Below are positions 10,339-19,817 of a DNA stretch of 64,000 nt, piece by piece. The stretch is from a bacterium (GTDB taxonomy: Bacteria; Bacillota_I; Bacilli_A; RF39; UBA660). The position numbers were made by a program, and so were the translations under genes. The stretch spans positions 3,641 through 67,640 of the forward strand of contig JAUNMG010000003.1 of the NCBI GenBank assembly GCA_030531905.1, read 5' to 3'. The notes under the pieces are model-generated. The model saw only the letters and a list, made by a program, of their open reading frames with translations, was not told where the DNA came from and did no database searches. Position 1 is the stretch's first letter. Each line of letters opens with the position of its first letter.

Positions 10339-11437
10339 ATATTATTCCAATTCCAGTTATTAGAATTAAGAATCCTACAAAATAAATTGAATTTGCAATA
10401 GAACTAGCAGTATCTGGAACAACTGTTAATGAGACAGATGCCGCTATTTGTTTTGTTTCAGGTCCTACTAATACAGAAGGTTGATGTTTAGCAGTAAGAT
10501 CTACATATCTATATGCAGAATTGTATGTTATATTTGCAGAAGCATTAATAGTAAATTTAGGTCCACTTTTTGCTGCTTCTTCACTTACTACTACATATAT
10601 TTTTGTACCAGCAGCTATGTTATTTAAGTTATCTGTTATGTCATTTCCTGCTTCAGTATATACTCTAACACCTTGAGGTGCTCCACTAATTGACAATGAG
10701 AAATTAGTTATTTTTGCTTCACTATTTGATGTAGCTATACTTATTAAACTACTCTTATAACCACCATCAATTTTAGACCAGCCATCACTAGCAACAACTG
10801 TTAATGTTGCATTTGCAGGATCTTGTACTGACTTAGCTTGATCAATAAGTTTTTGAACATAATCAGTCCATAATTTATCTCCAGATAAAATGTTACCATT
10901 ATGTTTAATAACATCACAAGAACTATCTGTTGATGAATCAGGATCTACTTTTACTGAATATTTCAAATCTTTACTAGTAAACTTTTTAGAACTTGATGTA
11001 CCTTGAAATCCCCAAATTGCTTGTTGTGTAATCCAAGTATTAATCATATCATCAGCAGTCTTTGCACAATAATTTGCCACGTTCATACTATCTGTTGCAG
11101 CAATACCAGAAATCAATGATTTTGTTGGATGAGAATTTAATAGAATATAAGCAATTCCATATTCCATTCTATTTTCTTTTGTCAAAGTATCTTCACCAAG
11201 TTCTTTATTATTTTCATCAGAGCAATATAATTGATACTTACTTGTACTATCAACAGCTCTATATATATAACTTGAATCTGCAGCATCATTAGCTGATTTC
11301 ATAAATACATATCCTGGCTTTCTAACTACCTTATCTGGTAACTCATTTGTAGTTGTAGTTAATGCTCTAGCATCATTTGTTAATCCAAAAATTGATAAAG
11401 CTAATGTCGTTACTAATAATAATTTTTTCTTTTTCAT
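10304..11437 (-). CDS. Sortase-anchored surface protein with a thioester (TQxA) domain
   Basis: 377 aa with a signal peptide. It has a YCSDENN Cys context plus TQQAIWGF (the TQxA[IV]W thioester motif). The C-terminal sorting signal is VPDTAS + hydrophobic helix + KTKKEQV. Confidence 0.7.
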   Translation of the reverse strand: MKKKKLLLVTTLALSIFGLTNDARALTTTTNELPDKVVRKPGYVFMKSANDAADSSYIYRAVDSTSKYQLYCSDENNKELGEDTLTKENRMEYGIAYILLNSHPTKSLISGIAATDSMNVANYCAKTADDMINTWITQQAIWGFQGTSSSKKFTSKDLKYSVKVDPDSSTDSSCDVIKHNGNILSGDKLWTDYVQKLIDQAKSVQDPANATLTVVASDGWSKIDGGYKSSLISIATSNSEAKITNFSLSISGAPQGVRVYTEAGNDITDNLNNIAAGTKIYVVVSEEAAKSGPKFTINASANITYNSAYRYVDLTAKHQPSVLVGPETKQIAASVSLTVVPDTASSIANSIYFVGFLILITGIGIIYANVKTKKEQV

Positions 11438-11524
11438 TTTATCCTCTACCTTTCTTATCTTACTACCAATAGTATAACATAATTTTTTCTTTTTAAAAGA
11501 AATATTTTTAAATTTTACGTAAAT

Positions 11525-12748
11525 TTATTCGATTGTAAAAATATTTTCTATATTTTCTAGATTTATTTCTTTATTCATATAAATGGTACACAAAGTATCA
11601 CCTTTAGAAACTTTATCATTTACAAGTTTACTTAGTTTTATTCCAACACTTGGATCAATTATATCTTCCTTAGTTTGTCTTCCAGCCCCTAAATTAACTG
11701 AAAGTTTTCCAATTTCTAAGGCATCAATTGCTTTTAGTGTTCCTTCTTTTGAAGATTTTATTTCTTTTGTTTTAGAACTTACTTGAAGTTTTTCTATATC
11801 TCCATGTTGTCTTTTGACAAACTCTAAAAATTTTTGATAAGCTTTTTTTGAAGATATTGCTTCTTTTACCATTTTTTCTGCTGCTTCTAAACTAATATTT
11901 AATCCCATACTTACCATATTAGAAGAAAGTTCTATACATAAATCTGTTAAAGCTCCAACTTCATTGCCTTTTAAAATATCAATAGCTTCTAACACTTCAA
12001 GTGAATTTCCAATACTTCTACCTAAAGGGTTAGACATATCAGTTATCAAACATCTAACCTCTCTACCATAAAAATCTCCTATTTTTTTCATTAATTCAGC
12101 CAGTTTTTTGGCATCTTTCAAAGTCTTTAATAAAGCTCCTTTACCCACTTTAATATCAATTAAAATTTTATCAGCTCCACTAGCTATTTTTTTACTCATT
12201 ATACTTGTAGCAATTAACGGAATAGATTCAACCGTTGCGGTAACATCACGTAAAGCATATATTTTTTTATCAAGAGGAGTTAAGTTAGCTGTTTGAGAAG
12301 CCACTACAATTCCAATTTCCTTAGCTTGTTTTTTCATTTCTTCTTCACTTAAATTAGTAGTAAAGCCTGGAATAGATTCTAATTTATCAATGGTTCCACC
12401 TGTAAAACCTAAACCTCTTCCACTCATCTTAACAACTGGTACATTTAAAGATGCTACTATCGGGGCAATTACCATTGTTGTTTTATCACCAACTCCACCA
12501 GTTGAATGTTTATCAACTTTAATACCTTTTATATCAGATAAATCTAAAGTATCTCCACTCTTAATAAAAATATCAGTTAAATCAAAGATTTCCTTATCAG
12601 TCATTCCTTTAATACAAATAGCCATTAATAAAGCAGACATTTGATAATCACTTATTTTCCCTTTTAAATAACCATTAAAGAAAAACTCTAATTCTTCCTT
12701 TGATAAAATCATTCCTAATCTTTTTTTATTAATAATATCAACAATCAC
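11525..12748 (-). CDS. pdp: Pyrimidine-nucleoside (thymidine) phosphorylase
   Basis: 407 aa. The motifs DYQMSALLMAI..KGM, DKHSTGGVGDKT and SGRGLGFTGGTIDKLESIPG are present. Confidence 0.9.
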   Translation of the reverse strand: MIVDIINKKRLGMILSKEELEFFFNGYLKGKISDYQMSALLMAICIKGMTDKEIFDLTDIFIKSGDTLDLSDIKGIKVDKHSTGGVGDKTTMVIAPIVASLNVPVVKMSGRGLGFTGGTIDKLESIPGFTTNLSEEEMKKQAKEIGIVVASQTANLTPLDKKIYALRDVTATVESIPLIATSIMSKKIASGADKILIDIKVGKGALLKTLKDAKKLAELMKKIGDFYGREVRCLITDMSNPLGRSIGNSLEVLEAIDILKGNEVGALTDLCIELSSNMVSMGLNISLEAAEKMVKEAISSKKAYQKFLEFVKRQHGDIEKLQVSSKTKEIKSSKEGTLKAIDALEIGKLSVNLGAGRQTKEDIIDPSVGIKLSKLVNDKVSKGDTLCTIYMNKEINLENIENIFTIE

Positions 12749-13155
12749 TATAAAATCTCCTTTCTAAAAACATTAGTTTTTCTTATTTCAAAACCTTTTT
12801 TACTATATAAGTATCTAGCAGCCTCTCTTTTACTATTTGATGTTAATTCAATATATGAAATATTATTTTTCTTACAATATTCAAAAACATAATCAAGCAT
12901 CTTAGAACAAATTCCCATATTGCGATAAGACTCTAATACACAAACATAATTAAGATAAATATATTTAATATCTTCAACACTATTATATAATTCATTAATT
13001 ACTAAATAACCAACAACCTTCGAATTATCTTTTGCAACTACTTCCTTATTAATACCCATATTCTTTTTCTTTTCTAAATTATAAACTTCCTTTAACAAAA
13101 TATTAAGTGATTCTAAGTCACTTTCTTCATAATCTTTTATTACAATATTATCCAT
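12748..13155 (-). CDS. GNAT family N-acetyltransferase
   Basis: 135 aa. YRNMGICSKMLDYV is an acetyl-CoA binding (R/Q-x-x-G-x-G/A-like) segment. Confidence 0.7.
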   Translation of the reverse strand: MDNIVIKDYEESDLESLNILLKEVYNLEKKKNMGINKEVVAKDNSKVVGYLVINELYNSVEDIKYIYLNYVCVLESYRNMGICSKMLDYVFEYCKKNNISYIELTSNSKREAARYLYSKKGFEIRKTNVFRKEIL

Positions 13156-13215
13156 ATCATCACTATCCTATTCTAAAAATATTATAACAAAAAAAACTAT
13201 TTAAAAAAATAGTTT

Positions 13216-13569
13216 TTATCTCATTTTCATATCAATTAATTCTACAAATCTTTTAGGATTTTCAATTACCCTTTTGTAAAGATTAGTATGCTTTCTTATT
13301 TCTTTTATGAATTCTAACTCTTCACTTGCTACTGACATGCCATACTTTTCATTGGTATCAGCAACAACATATTCATCGCTACCTAAGAAATAATTTATAT
13401 CTACTTTAAAAACATCAGCGAGAGCAAGTAACGTTTCTAAAGTTGGAATTCTAGTTTCTTTTTCATAACAACAAATACTAACTTTTGTTACATTAATTAA
13501 CTTACCAAGTTCTTCTTGAGTCATTCCATTTTCTTTTCGTAAAGATTTTATTCTTCTACCTAAAAGCAT
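13216..13569 (-). CDS. XRE-family HTH transcriptional regulator
   Basis: 117 aa. It has an N-terminal HTH_3 pattern: IKSLRKENGMTQEELGKLINVTKVSICCYEKETRIPTLETLLALADVF. Confidence 0.75.
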   Translation of the reverse strand: MLLGRRIKSLRKENGMTQEELGKLINVTKVSICCYEKETRIPTLETLLALADVFKVDINYFLGSDEYVVADTNEKYGMSVASEELEFIKEIRKHTNLYKRVIENPKRFVELIDMKMR

Positions 13570-13655
13570 TACTTCACCTCTAATCTTTACTAATAGTATT
13601 GATAATTTTAATTATAAATATTACAAAAGATTTTGTGGTAAAAGTTAACTAATAA

Positions 13656-14006
13656 TTAATTTTGTGGTATTTCTGATTCTGTAGAGTTATTCTTAGATGT
13701 TAAAAATGTAACTTTTTCTGCTACTACTTCTAAGATATTTTTCTTAACTCCAGCTTCTTCAACAGCTCGTGATTGAACTCTACCCTTAATTCCTACAATA
13801 TCACCTTTGTGACAGTATTCAGAAGTATTAATAGCAACATTATCCCATAAAATACAATCTACAAAGTCAGTATCATAAATTCCATCCATATTCTTAAAAC
13901 TTCTTGGAATAGCTAAGCCTAAATTTGCAATTTTTTTACCACTATCTGTCTTGTTGATTTTAACATCTCTAGTAAGTCTTCCTACTAATACAATTTGATT
14001 AAGCAT
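13656..14006 (-). CDS. Single-stranded DNA-binding protein, SsbB-like (no acidic C-terminal tail)
   Basis: OB-fold N-terminus MLNQIVLVGRLTRDV. The start was moved to the ATG at 14006, which is preceded by GAAAGGAGGAAG. The C-terminus ...ESEIPQN lacks the D-D-[IL]-P-F tail. Confidence 0.8.
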   Translation of the reverse strand: MLNQIVLVGRLTRDVKINKTDSGKKIANLGLAIPRSFKNMDGIYDTDFVDCILWDNVAINTSEYCHKGDIVGIKGRVQSRAVEEAGVKKNILEVVAEKVTFLTSKNNSTESEIPQN

Positions 14007-14172
14007 AATCTTCCTCCTTTCATGGATGGTATAATAACAAAAACTAAATTTAATAACAAATGCCACTTTTTAATAATTACACCCAGAAAAATGGGCAAAA
14101 AAAATAAATTCATTATAGCGAATTTATTCTTTTAATACGATAACTTTAAATCAAAAATTAAGTTTCATACTT

Positions 14173-15498
14173 TTATAAATTTCTTTTAATTAACTGATTT
14201 AATTCAACAGCATATTCCATAGGCAATTCTTCTCTAAATCTATCTAAAAATCCTAATACAATTAATTCTGTTGCTTCTTCCTCACTTAATCCTCTACTCA
14301 TTAAATAAAATAAAGTATCTTCATTTATTTTAGAAACAGTTGCTTCATGTTCAATATTACTTGAAACATTACTACAAGTATTTACTGGAATAGTATCACT
14401 TTTAGAAATATCATCAAGAATTAAGGTATCACATTTAACCATGGCTTCACTTGATAAAGCTCTCTTTTTAATATCAACTTTACCTCTATAAGTTGCATTA
14501 CCACCATTTTGTGCAATACTTTTAGAAATAATATTACTTTTTGTATTTTTTCCAAGATGAATCATTCTTGCTCCTGTATCTTGAATTTGTCCACTTTTTG
14601 CAACACCAATTGTAATACATACACCTGATGAATTGTCTCCTTTTAGAACACAACAAGGATATTTCATAGTTATCTTAGAACCAATATTTCCATCGATCCA
14701 TTCCATTACACCATTATCTGAAACCAAGGCTCTTTTAGTTACTAAATTATAAACATTAGTAGCCCAGTTTTGGATAGTTGAATAACGACATTTACTATTT
14801 TTTCCAACATAGATTTCAACAACAGCAGCATGAAGTGATGACTCACTGTAAGTTGGAGCTGTACATCCTTCAACATAATGAAGAGATGAATTATCATCAA
14901 CTATAATCAATGTTCTTTCAAATTGTCCCATGTTCTTACTGTTAATTCTAAAGTAACTTTGAAGCGGTCTATCAAGATTAGTATTTGGTGGAACATAAAT
15001 AAAACTACCACCACTAAAAACTGCTGAATTTAAAGCTGCAAACTTATTTTCATTCATGTTAACAATTTTTCCAAAATACTTTTCAACAATATCCTTATGT
15101 TCCCTCATTGCTTGTTCAATAGACGTAAAAATAACATGCTTTTTTTCTAACTCTTCCAACATATTGTGGTATATTACTTCACTTTCATATTGAACGCCCA
15201 TACCACCTAAATGTTTTTCACTTTCTAAAACACCCAAGCCATCTAACTCATCAACAACAGGCTTTAAAACATTGTTCCAATCACTTTCAATTTTTTTATC
15301 AGCTTCATTACTTTTATAGTAAATTATATCATCATACTTTAAATCTATTGTAGGTCCAAACTTTGGATTAGATTGATTTTTAAAAGATTCATAAGCCTTT
15401 AGTCTAAAACTCTTAATCCAATCTTCTTCTTTTTTGATTTCAGAAATTTTTTCTACATTTTCTTTTGAGATACCTACTATTTCCATATCTATCACCAA
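14173..15498 (-). CDS. sufB: Fe-S cluster assembly protein SufB
   Basis: 441 aa. It has the typical SufB beta-helix region (YVEGCTAP, IQNW..NVYNLVTKRA) and C-terminus FYLMSRGLSEEEA. The start is uncertain (TTG at 15498 or ATG at 15486). Confidence 0.9.
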   Translation of the reverse strand: MVIDMEIVGISKENVEKISEIKKEEDWIKSFRLKAYESFKNQSNPKFGPTIDLKYDDIIYYKSNEADKKIESDWNNVLKPVVDELDGLGVLESEKHLGGMGVQYESEVIYHNMLEELEKKHVIFTSIEQAMREHKDIVEKYFGKIVNMNENKFAALNSAVFSGGSFIYVPPNTNLDRPLQSYFRINSKNMGQFERTLIIVDDNSSLHYVEGCTAPTYSESSLHAAVVEIYVGKNSKCRYSTIQNWATNVYNLVTKRALVSDNGVMEWIDGNIGSKITMKYPCCVLKGDNSSGVCITIGVAKSGQIQDTGARMIHLGKNTKSNIISKSIAQNGGNATYRGKVDIKKRALSSEAMVKCDTLILDDISKSDTIPVNTCSNVSSNIEHEATVSKINEDTLFYLMSRGLSEEEATELIVLGFLDRFREELPMEYAVELNQLIKRNL

Positions 15499-15507
15499 TT
15501 TCTATTT

Positions 15508-15933
15508 TTATTTTTCATATTCTTTTATTATATTTATAACAGCCCTACTAGGAAGAAGGGCACAAGTCTTACGATTAGGTTGAAGATATATCTCATCATA
15601 AACAAGTAATTCTCCAAGTACATCTTTATCATATTCTTCTTCATTGATCATATTTTGATAATTAGTAATTATGTTAATTGCATCACTTACTTTTTTACCA
15701 ATTAGACTCTTAATTATAATACTAGTAGCAGAAGTACATATTGCACATGCTTCTCCATCAAAAACAATATCTTTTACAACATCATCTTCTATTTTCATCA
15801 TCATATCAATATTATCAATACATGAATCGTTATTAGTATTTTTCTTAATATATGAATTATCATCTACTAGTCCTCGATTAACTGGATTTTGATAATTATC
15901 TAATATTATTTCTCTTCTTATTTCTTTATCCAT
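15508..15933 (-). CDS. sufU: SufU/IscU-like Fe-S scaffold or sulfur acceptor
   Basis: 141 aa. It has N-terminal ILDNYQNP.NRG, conserved Cys residues (NDSCIDN, GEACAICTS, KTCALL) and a position between sufS and sufB. Confidence 0.8.
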   Translation of the reverse strand: MDKEIRREIILDNYQNPVNRGLVDDNSYIKKNTNNDSCIDNIDMMMKIEDDVVKDIVFDGEACAICTSATSIIIKSLIGKKVSDAINIITNYQNMINEEEYDKDVLGELLVYDEIYLQPNRKTCALLPSRAVINIIKEYEK

Positions 15934-17130
15934 TTATATCACCACTTTAAAAATATCTTCACTTCTTTTTAATGCTTCTATCAAAACATCAACTTCTTCT
16001 TTTGTATTATATAAATACAAACTAACACGACAAGTGTTTTTAATATTTAATTCATCTTTCAATACTTTAGCACAATGATTACCAGCTCTTATTGCGATAT
16101 TATAAGTATTCAAATAAATTGAAGTATCTTGTGGAAAAACACCTTTAACATTAAATGATACTATTCCACTTTTACTGTTTTTATTATATAAAACTACATT
16201 AGGAATTTTCTCTAAGTTTTCTATTAAGTATTTTTTTAAGCCATATTCATGTTCATGAATTTTATCGACCCCTATACTTTCAATAAACTTGATTGCCTCT
16301 CCAAGTCCAATTACCTCAGCAATTGGTGGTGTTCCAGCTTCAAATTTGATAGGAGTTTCTTTTAAAATGTAAGTTCCGTCAACTTCAAAACTTTGATTCA
16401 TACCTCCACCATATTTTAAAGGCCTCATTTCATCTAGTAATTCTTTTTTACCATATAAAATACCAACCCCTGTAGGTCCTGTCATCTTATGCGCAGAAAA
16501 AGCAAGAAATGAAACATTAGAATCTTGAACATCAATTTTGATATGAGACGCACTTTGAGCAGCATCAACAACAAAATAAATTCCTTTTTCTTTGCAAATT
16601 CTACCTATTTTACTAATATCCCTAATGTCCCCAATTACATTAGAAACATGAGCAACTGAAACAACCTTTGTCTTTGGAGTAATTGCTTTTAGTAAATTTT
16701 CAATAGTTAATTCATGATTTTCATCTAATTCAATATATTTAACTTTACCATGATGCTCTTCTTCAAGAACTTGCCAAGGTAAAATATTAGATGCATGTTC
16801 TGCTTTTGTAATTAAAATTTCATCATCACTATTTAATTTATATCTGAAAAAACCAAAAGCAACCATATTTAATGATTCAGTTGTACCACTAGTATAAATA
16901 ATTTCATCACTACTAGAAGCATTAATAAAGTTTTTTACAATATTTCTAACTTCATCGTATTCACGATTAGTAACAGTCGCATTATTATAGTCTCCCCTAT
17001 GAATATTAGAAGTATATTCTGTATAATAAGAAACCATCTTATCAACAACACACTTAGGTTTTAAAGTAGTTGCCCCATTATCAAAATAAATTAGATTATT
17101 TTTAAGTATTGGAAAGTCATCCCTATTCAC
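15934..17130 (-). CDS. sufS: Cysteine desulfurase SufS (class V aminotransferase)
   Basis: 398 aa. The motifs are YFDNGATTLKP, the SAHKM PLP-lysine segment and RAGNHCA (catalytic Cys loop). Confidence 0.9.
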   Translation of the reverse strand: MNRDDFPILKNNLIYFDNGATTLKPKCVVDKMVSYYTEYTSNIHRGDYNNATVTNREYDEVRNIVKNFINASSSDEIIYTSGTTESLNMVAFGFFRYKLNSDDEILITKAEHASNILPWQVLEEEHHGKVKYIELDENHELTIENLLKAITPKTKVVSVAHVSNVIGDIRDISKIGRICKEKGIYFVVDAAQSASHIKIDVQDSNVSFLAFSAHKMTGPTGVGILYGKKELLDEMRPLKYGGGMNQSFEVDGTYILKETPIKFEAGTPPIAEVIGLGEAIKFIESIGVDKIHEHEYGLKKYLIENLEKIPNVVLYNKNSKSGIVSFNVKGVFPQDTSIYLNTYNIAIRAGNHCAKVLKDELNIKNTCRVSLYLYNTKEEVDVLIEALKRSEDIFKVVI

Positions 17131-17132
17131 AA

Positions 17133-17786
17133 TTAATCACCTTCATTTATATTTTTAATCTCTTTTTCTAAAGACTCTATATCCTCATTGCTAGAAGAAC
17201 CATTAATTAAAAAACTCTTAATAAGTAAATCATAACTTATAGTTCTAGATAGCCCTCTACTCATTAAATAGAATAAAATTTCATCTTTAAATTTACCAAT
17301 ATAAGCAGAATGAGATGATGAAACATTATAATTATCTATTAATAAGTTAGGTAGAATTGTACTATCACCATCAACTAAATTTAAGATTTGATTTTCCTGA
17401 TTACAAATACAATTATCGCTATTTTTAAACACTTTTCCTGTAACATTAAAATCAAGTTTTTTATCAAAAACATTAATACCATGATTATAAATGTTACTAG
17501 AAGTATTTGAGACATTATGATTTACTAAAATATTATACTTATGATTTTCATAGTTTATTGTACTATAATGATATTCTACTTTAGCATTATTTCCATTTAA
17601 ATTAATAGTAATATCATTATTAATGTTTATTCCATATTGATAAACTTTTAAAGTGGCATTATCTTCTACATTATAAATAACTTCTTGGTCCTTCTTATCA
17701 AATAAGTGTAGTTCTTTTTCTTCATATTTAAAAGTAGTTATTTCTTTCTTAATATCTATATCTATTTTATTCATACTAATCTTCAC
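17133..17786 (-). CDS. sufD: Fe-S cluster assembly protein SufD (short form)
   Basis: 217 aa with beta-helix repeats. The C-terminal motif FYLMSRGLSR is shared with SufB, and the gene sits between sufC and sufS. Confidence 0.7.
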   Translation of the reverse strand: MKISMNKIDIDIKKEITTFKYEEKELHLFDKKDQEVIYNVEDNATLKVYQYGININNDITINLNGNNAKVEYHYSTINYENHKYNILVNHNVSNTSSNIYNHGINVFDKKLDFNVTGKVFKNSDNCICNQENQILNLVDGDSTILPNLLIDNYNVSSSHSAYIGKFKDEILFYLMSRGLSRTISYDLLIKSFLINGSSSNEDIESLEKEIKNINEGD

Positions 17787-18531
17787 TACTCACTTCATTT
17801 GTACTATGATAGCCACTTCTTTCAGTTTCGATTGCTAAATCCATGCCACCTGTTTTTTCAATTTTTCCATTATTCATAACATGAACATAATCTGGTTTAA
17901 TATATTCTAAAATTCTTGGATAGTGAGTAATTATTAAAACTGAAACATCTTTATTTTCTTCTTTATATTTATTAATATTTTTACAAACTATTCTTAAACT
18001 ATCAACATCAAGTCCTGAATCTATTTCATCTAAGATAATAAATTTAGGTTTAAGTATTTTCATTTGAAGAATTTCATTTTTCTTCTTTTCTCCTCCAGAA
18101 AAACCTTTATTTAAATGACGATGAATCATATTACTATCAAACTCTAAGTCTTCTAGAGCCTCATCAATGCCTTTAATAAATTCAAAATAATTAATATTTT
18201 TACCAGTTAGCTCCTTTTTAGCAGTTTTTAAAAACTCACTGTTAGTAACACCTTCAATAACTGTAGGATCTTGCATCGCTAAGAAGATTCCTTTTTTAGC
18301 TCGTTCATTTACTTCTAAATCTTTTATAGATTCTCCATTAAATAAAATATCTCCACTTGTTAATTCATATTTGTAGTTGCCCATTATTACTTTAGATAAT
18401 GTAGACTTACCAGTACCATTAGGTCCCATAATCGCATGAACTTCACCATCATTAATATTTAATGATAAACCTTTAATTATTTCTTTATCTAAATCTTTTA
18501 CTTTTACATTAATATTTTTTATCTCTAACAT
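17776..18531 (-). CDS. sufC: Fe-S cluster assembly ATPase SufC
   Basis: 251 aa. It has Walker A GPNGTGKST, ABC signature FSGGEKKK and Walker B ILDEIDSGLD. Confidence 0.9.
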   Translation of the reverse strand: MLEIKNINVKVKDLDKEIIKGLSLNINDGEVHAIMGPNGTGKSTLSKVIMGNYKYELTSGDILFNGESIKDLEVNERAKKGIFLAMQDPTVIEGVTNSEFLKTAKKELTGKNINYFEFIKGIDEALEDLEFDSNMIHRHLNKGFSGGEKKKNEILQMKILKPKFIILDEIDSGLDVDSLRIVCKNINKYKEENKDVSVLIITHYPRILEYIKPDYVHVMNNGKIEKTGGMDLAIETERSGYHSTNEVSSED

Positions 18532-18582
18532 ATTATCACCATTTCTATTTTATCTTTCTTTTTATAAAAATTTTGTATTATT

Positions 18583-19401
18583 TTAATACTCATCTAAAAA
18601 ACTATGTTTTTCTTCACCTTTTCTATATCCTAGAACACATTCTATATTGACATTATCTAAACTATTAAAGATATTGTAATCGATTCTGTCATTTTTCTTT
18701 TTTAATTCTTTAATTAGTTCTTTTACTTCTTTTCTTTTACTAGTAGTATCATCATTTTTTGCCACATTCTCAGTAAAGCGACAAGCACAGTTTAAGAAAG
18801 TTAGCTTATTGTAGTTTTTCCAAGAAATTATATCATCTTCTCTAACTAGATATAATGGTCTAATTAAATCTATTCCTTCAAAATTTTCACTGTGTAATTT
18901 TGGCATCATCGTTTTTATTTCTGCTCCATAAAGCATAGAAAGCATTGTAGTTTCAATAACATCATTAAAGTGATGTCCTAAAGCTATTTTGTTGCAACCT
19001 AACTCTTGAGCTTTTTTATATAAACATCCACGTCTCATCCTAGCACATAAGTAACAAGGACTTCTATCAACTGTATCAACTATTTCAAAAATATCACTTT
19101 CAAACATATCTATATCTAAGTTAAGAGTTTTAGCATTTTCTAAAATTAGATTTTTGTTAACTTCACTGTATCCTGGATTCATAACCTCAAAATAAAGTTC
19201 AAAATTAAATTTACCATGTCTTTTTAATTCTTCTAAACATTTAGCAAGTAGAAATGAATCTTTTCCTCCACTGATACAAACCATAATCTTATCATTTTCT
19301 TCAATTAATTTATAATCTTGAACAGCTTTTACAAATTTAGCCCAGATATCTTTACGATATTTTTTGATAATACTTCTTTCAATTTCTCTATATCTTTCCA
19401 T
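18583..19401 (-). CDS. PP-loop ATPase, TtcA-like tRNA thiolation enzyme
   Basis: 272 aa. It has the SGGKDS PP-loop and Cys clusters CYLCARMRRG and NCACRF, which fit a TtcA-type Fe-S site. Confidence 0.7.
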   Translation of the reverse strand: MERYREIERSIIKKYRKDIWAKFVKAVQDYKLIEENDKIMVCISGGKDSFLLAKCLEELKRHGKFNFELYFEVMNPGYSEVNKNLILENAKTLNLDIDMFESDIFEIVDTVDRSPCYLCARMRRGCLYKKAQELGCNKIALGHHFNDVIETTMLSMLYGAEIKTMMPKLHSENFEGIDLIRPLYLVREDDIISWKNYNKLTFLNCACRFTENVAKNDDTTSKRKEVKELIKELKKKNDRIDYNIFNSLDNVNIECVLGYRKGEEKHSFLDEY

Positions 19402-19411
19402 ACTGCTTCAC

Positions 19412-19729
19412 CTAATATAATTTTTTAAACAAAGCCATTACCTCATCAATAACTTTTTCATCATCATTTTTTATTTTTTCAACAACACATGTGGATAAAT
19501 GTGTTTTAAGTAAACAATTACCAAAACTTTGAAGTGATTTAGAAACAGCAGATACTTGAATTAAGACATCATCACAATTACGATCAAGTTCAAGCATTTG
19601 TCTTATCCCTTTAATTTGCCCTTCAATTACATTAAGACGTTTTATTAAATCTTTAGTTTCTTTTTCAGTTCTATGTTTTGAACGAATACACATCTTACAA
19701 TTCTTACATTCTTCTTTCACTGCAATCAC
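19412..19729 (-). CDS. csoR: CsoR/RcnR-family metal-sensing repressor (C-H-C, Cu-type signature) with a Cys-rich N-terminal extension
   Basis: 105 aa. RLNVIEGQIKGI is followed by NCDDVLIQVSAV...THLSTC (Cys ... His-x3-Cys). The N-terminus carries an extra CKNCKMC. Confidence 0.75.
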   Translation of the reverse strand: MIAVKEECKNCKMCIRSKHRTEKETKDLIKRLNVIEGQIKGIRQMLELDRNCDDVLIQVSAVSKSLQSFGNCLLKTHLSTCVVEKIKNDDEKVIDEVMALFKKLY

Positions 19730-19741
19730 CAGGTTTATTAT

Positions 19742-19758
19742 ACACCCCTAGGGGGTGT
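19742..19758. promoter_or_regulatory. GC-rich pseudo-palindrome, candidate CsoR-type operator
   Basis: ACACCCCTAGGGGGTGT sits 13 nt upstream of the csoR-like start, inside otherwise AT-rich DNA. Known CsoR operators are G/C-tract pseudo-palindromes of this style. Confidence 0.55.
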
Positions 19759-19817
19759 CTGTAAATATATTTTTTCAAAAGAAAAAGATAGAATCTAAGA
19801 CTCTACCATTATTTTTA

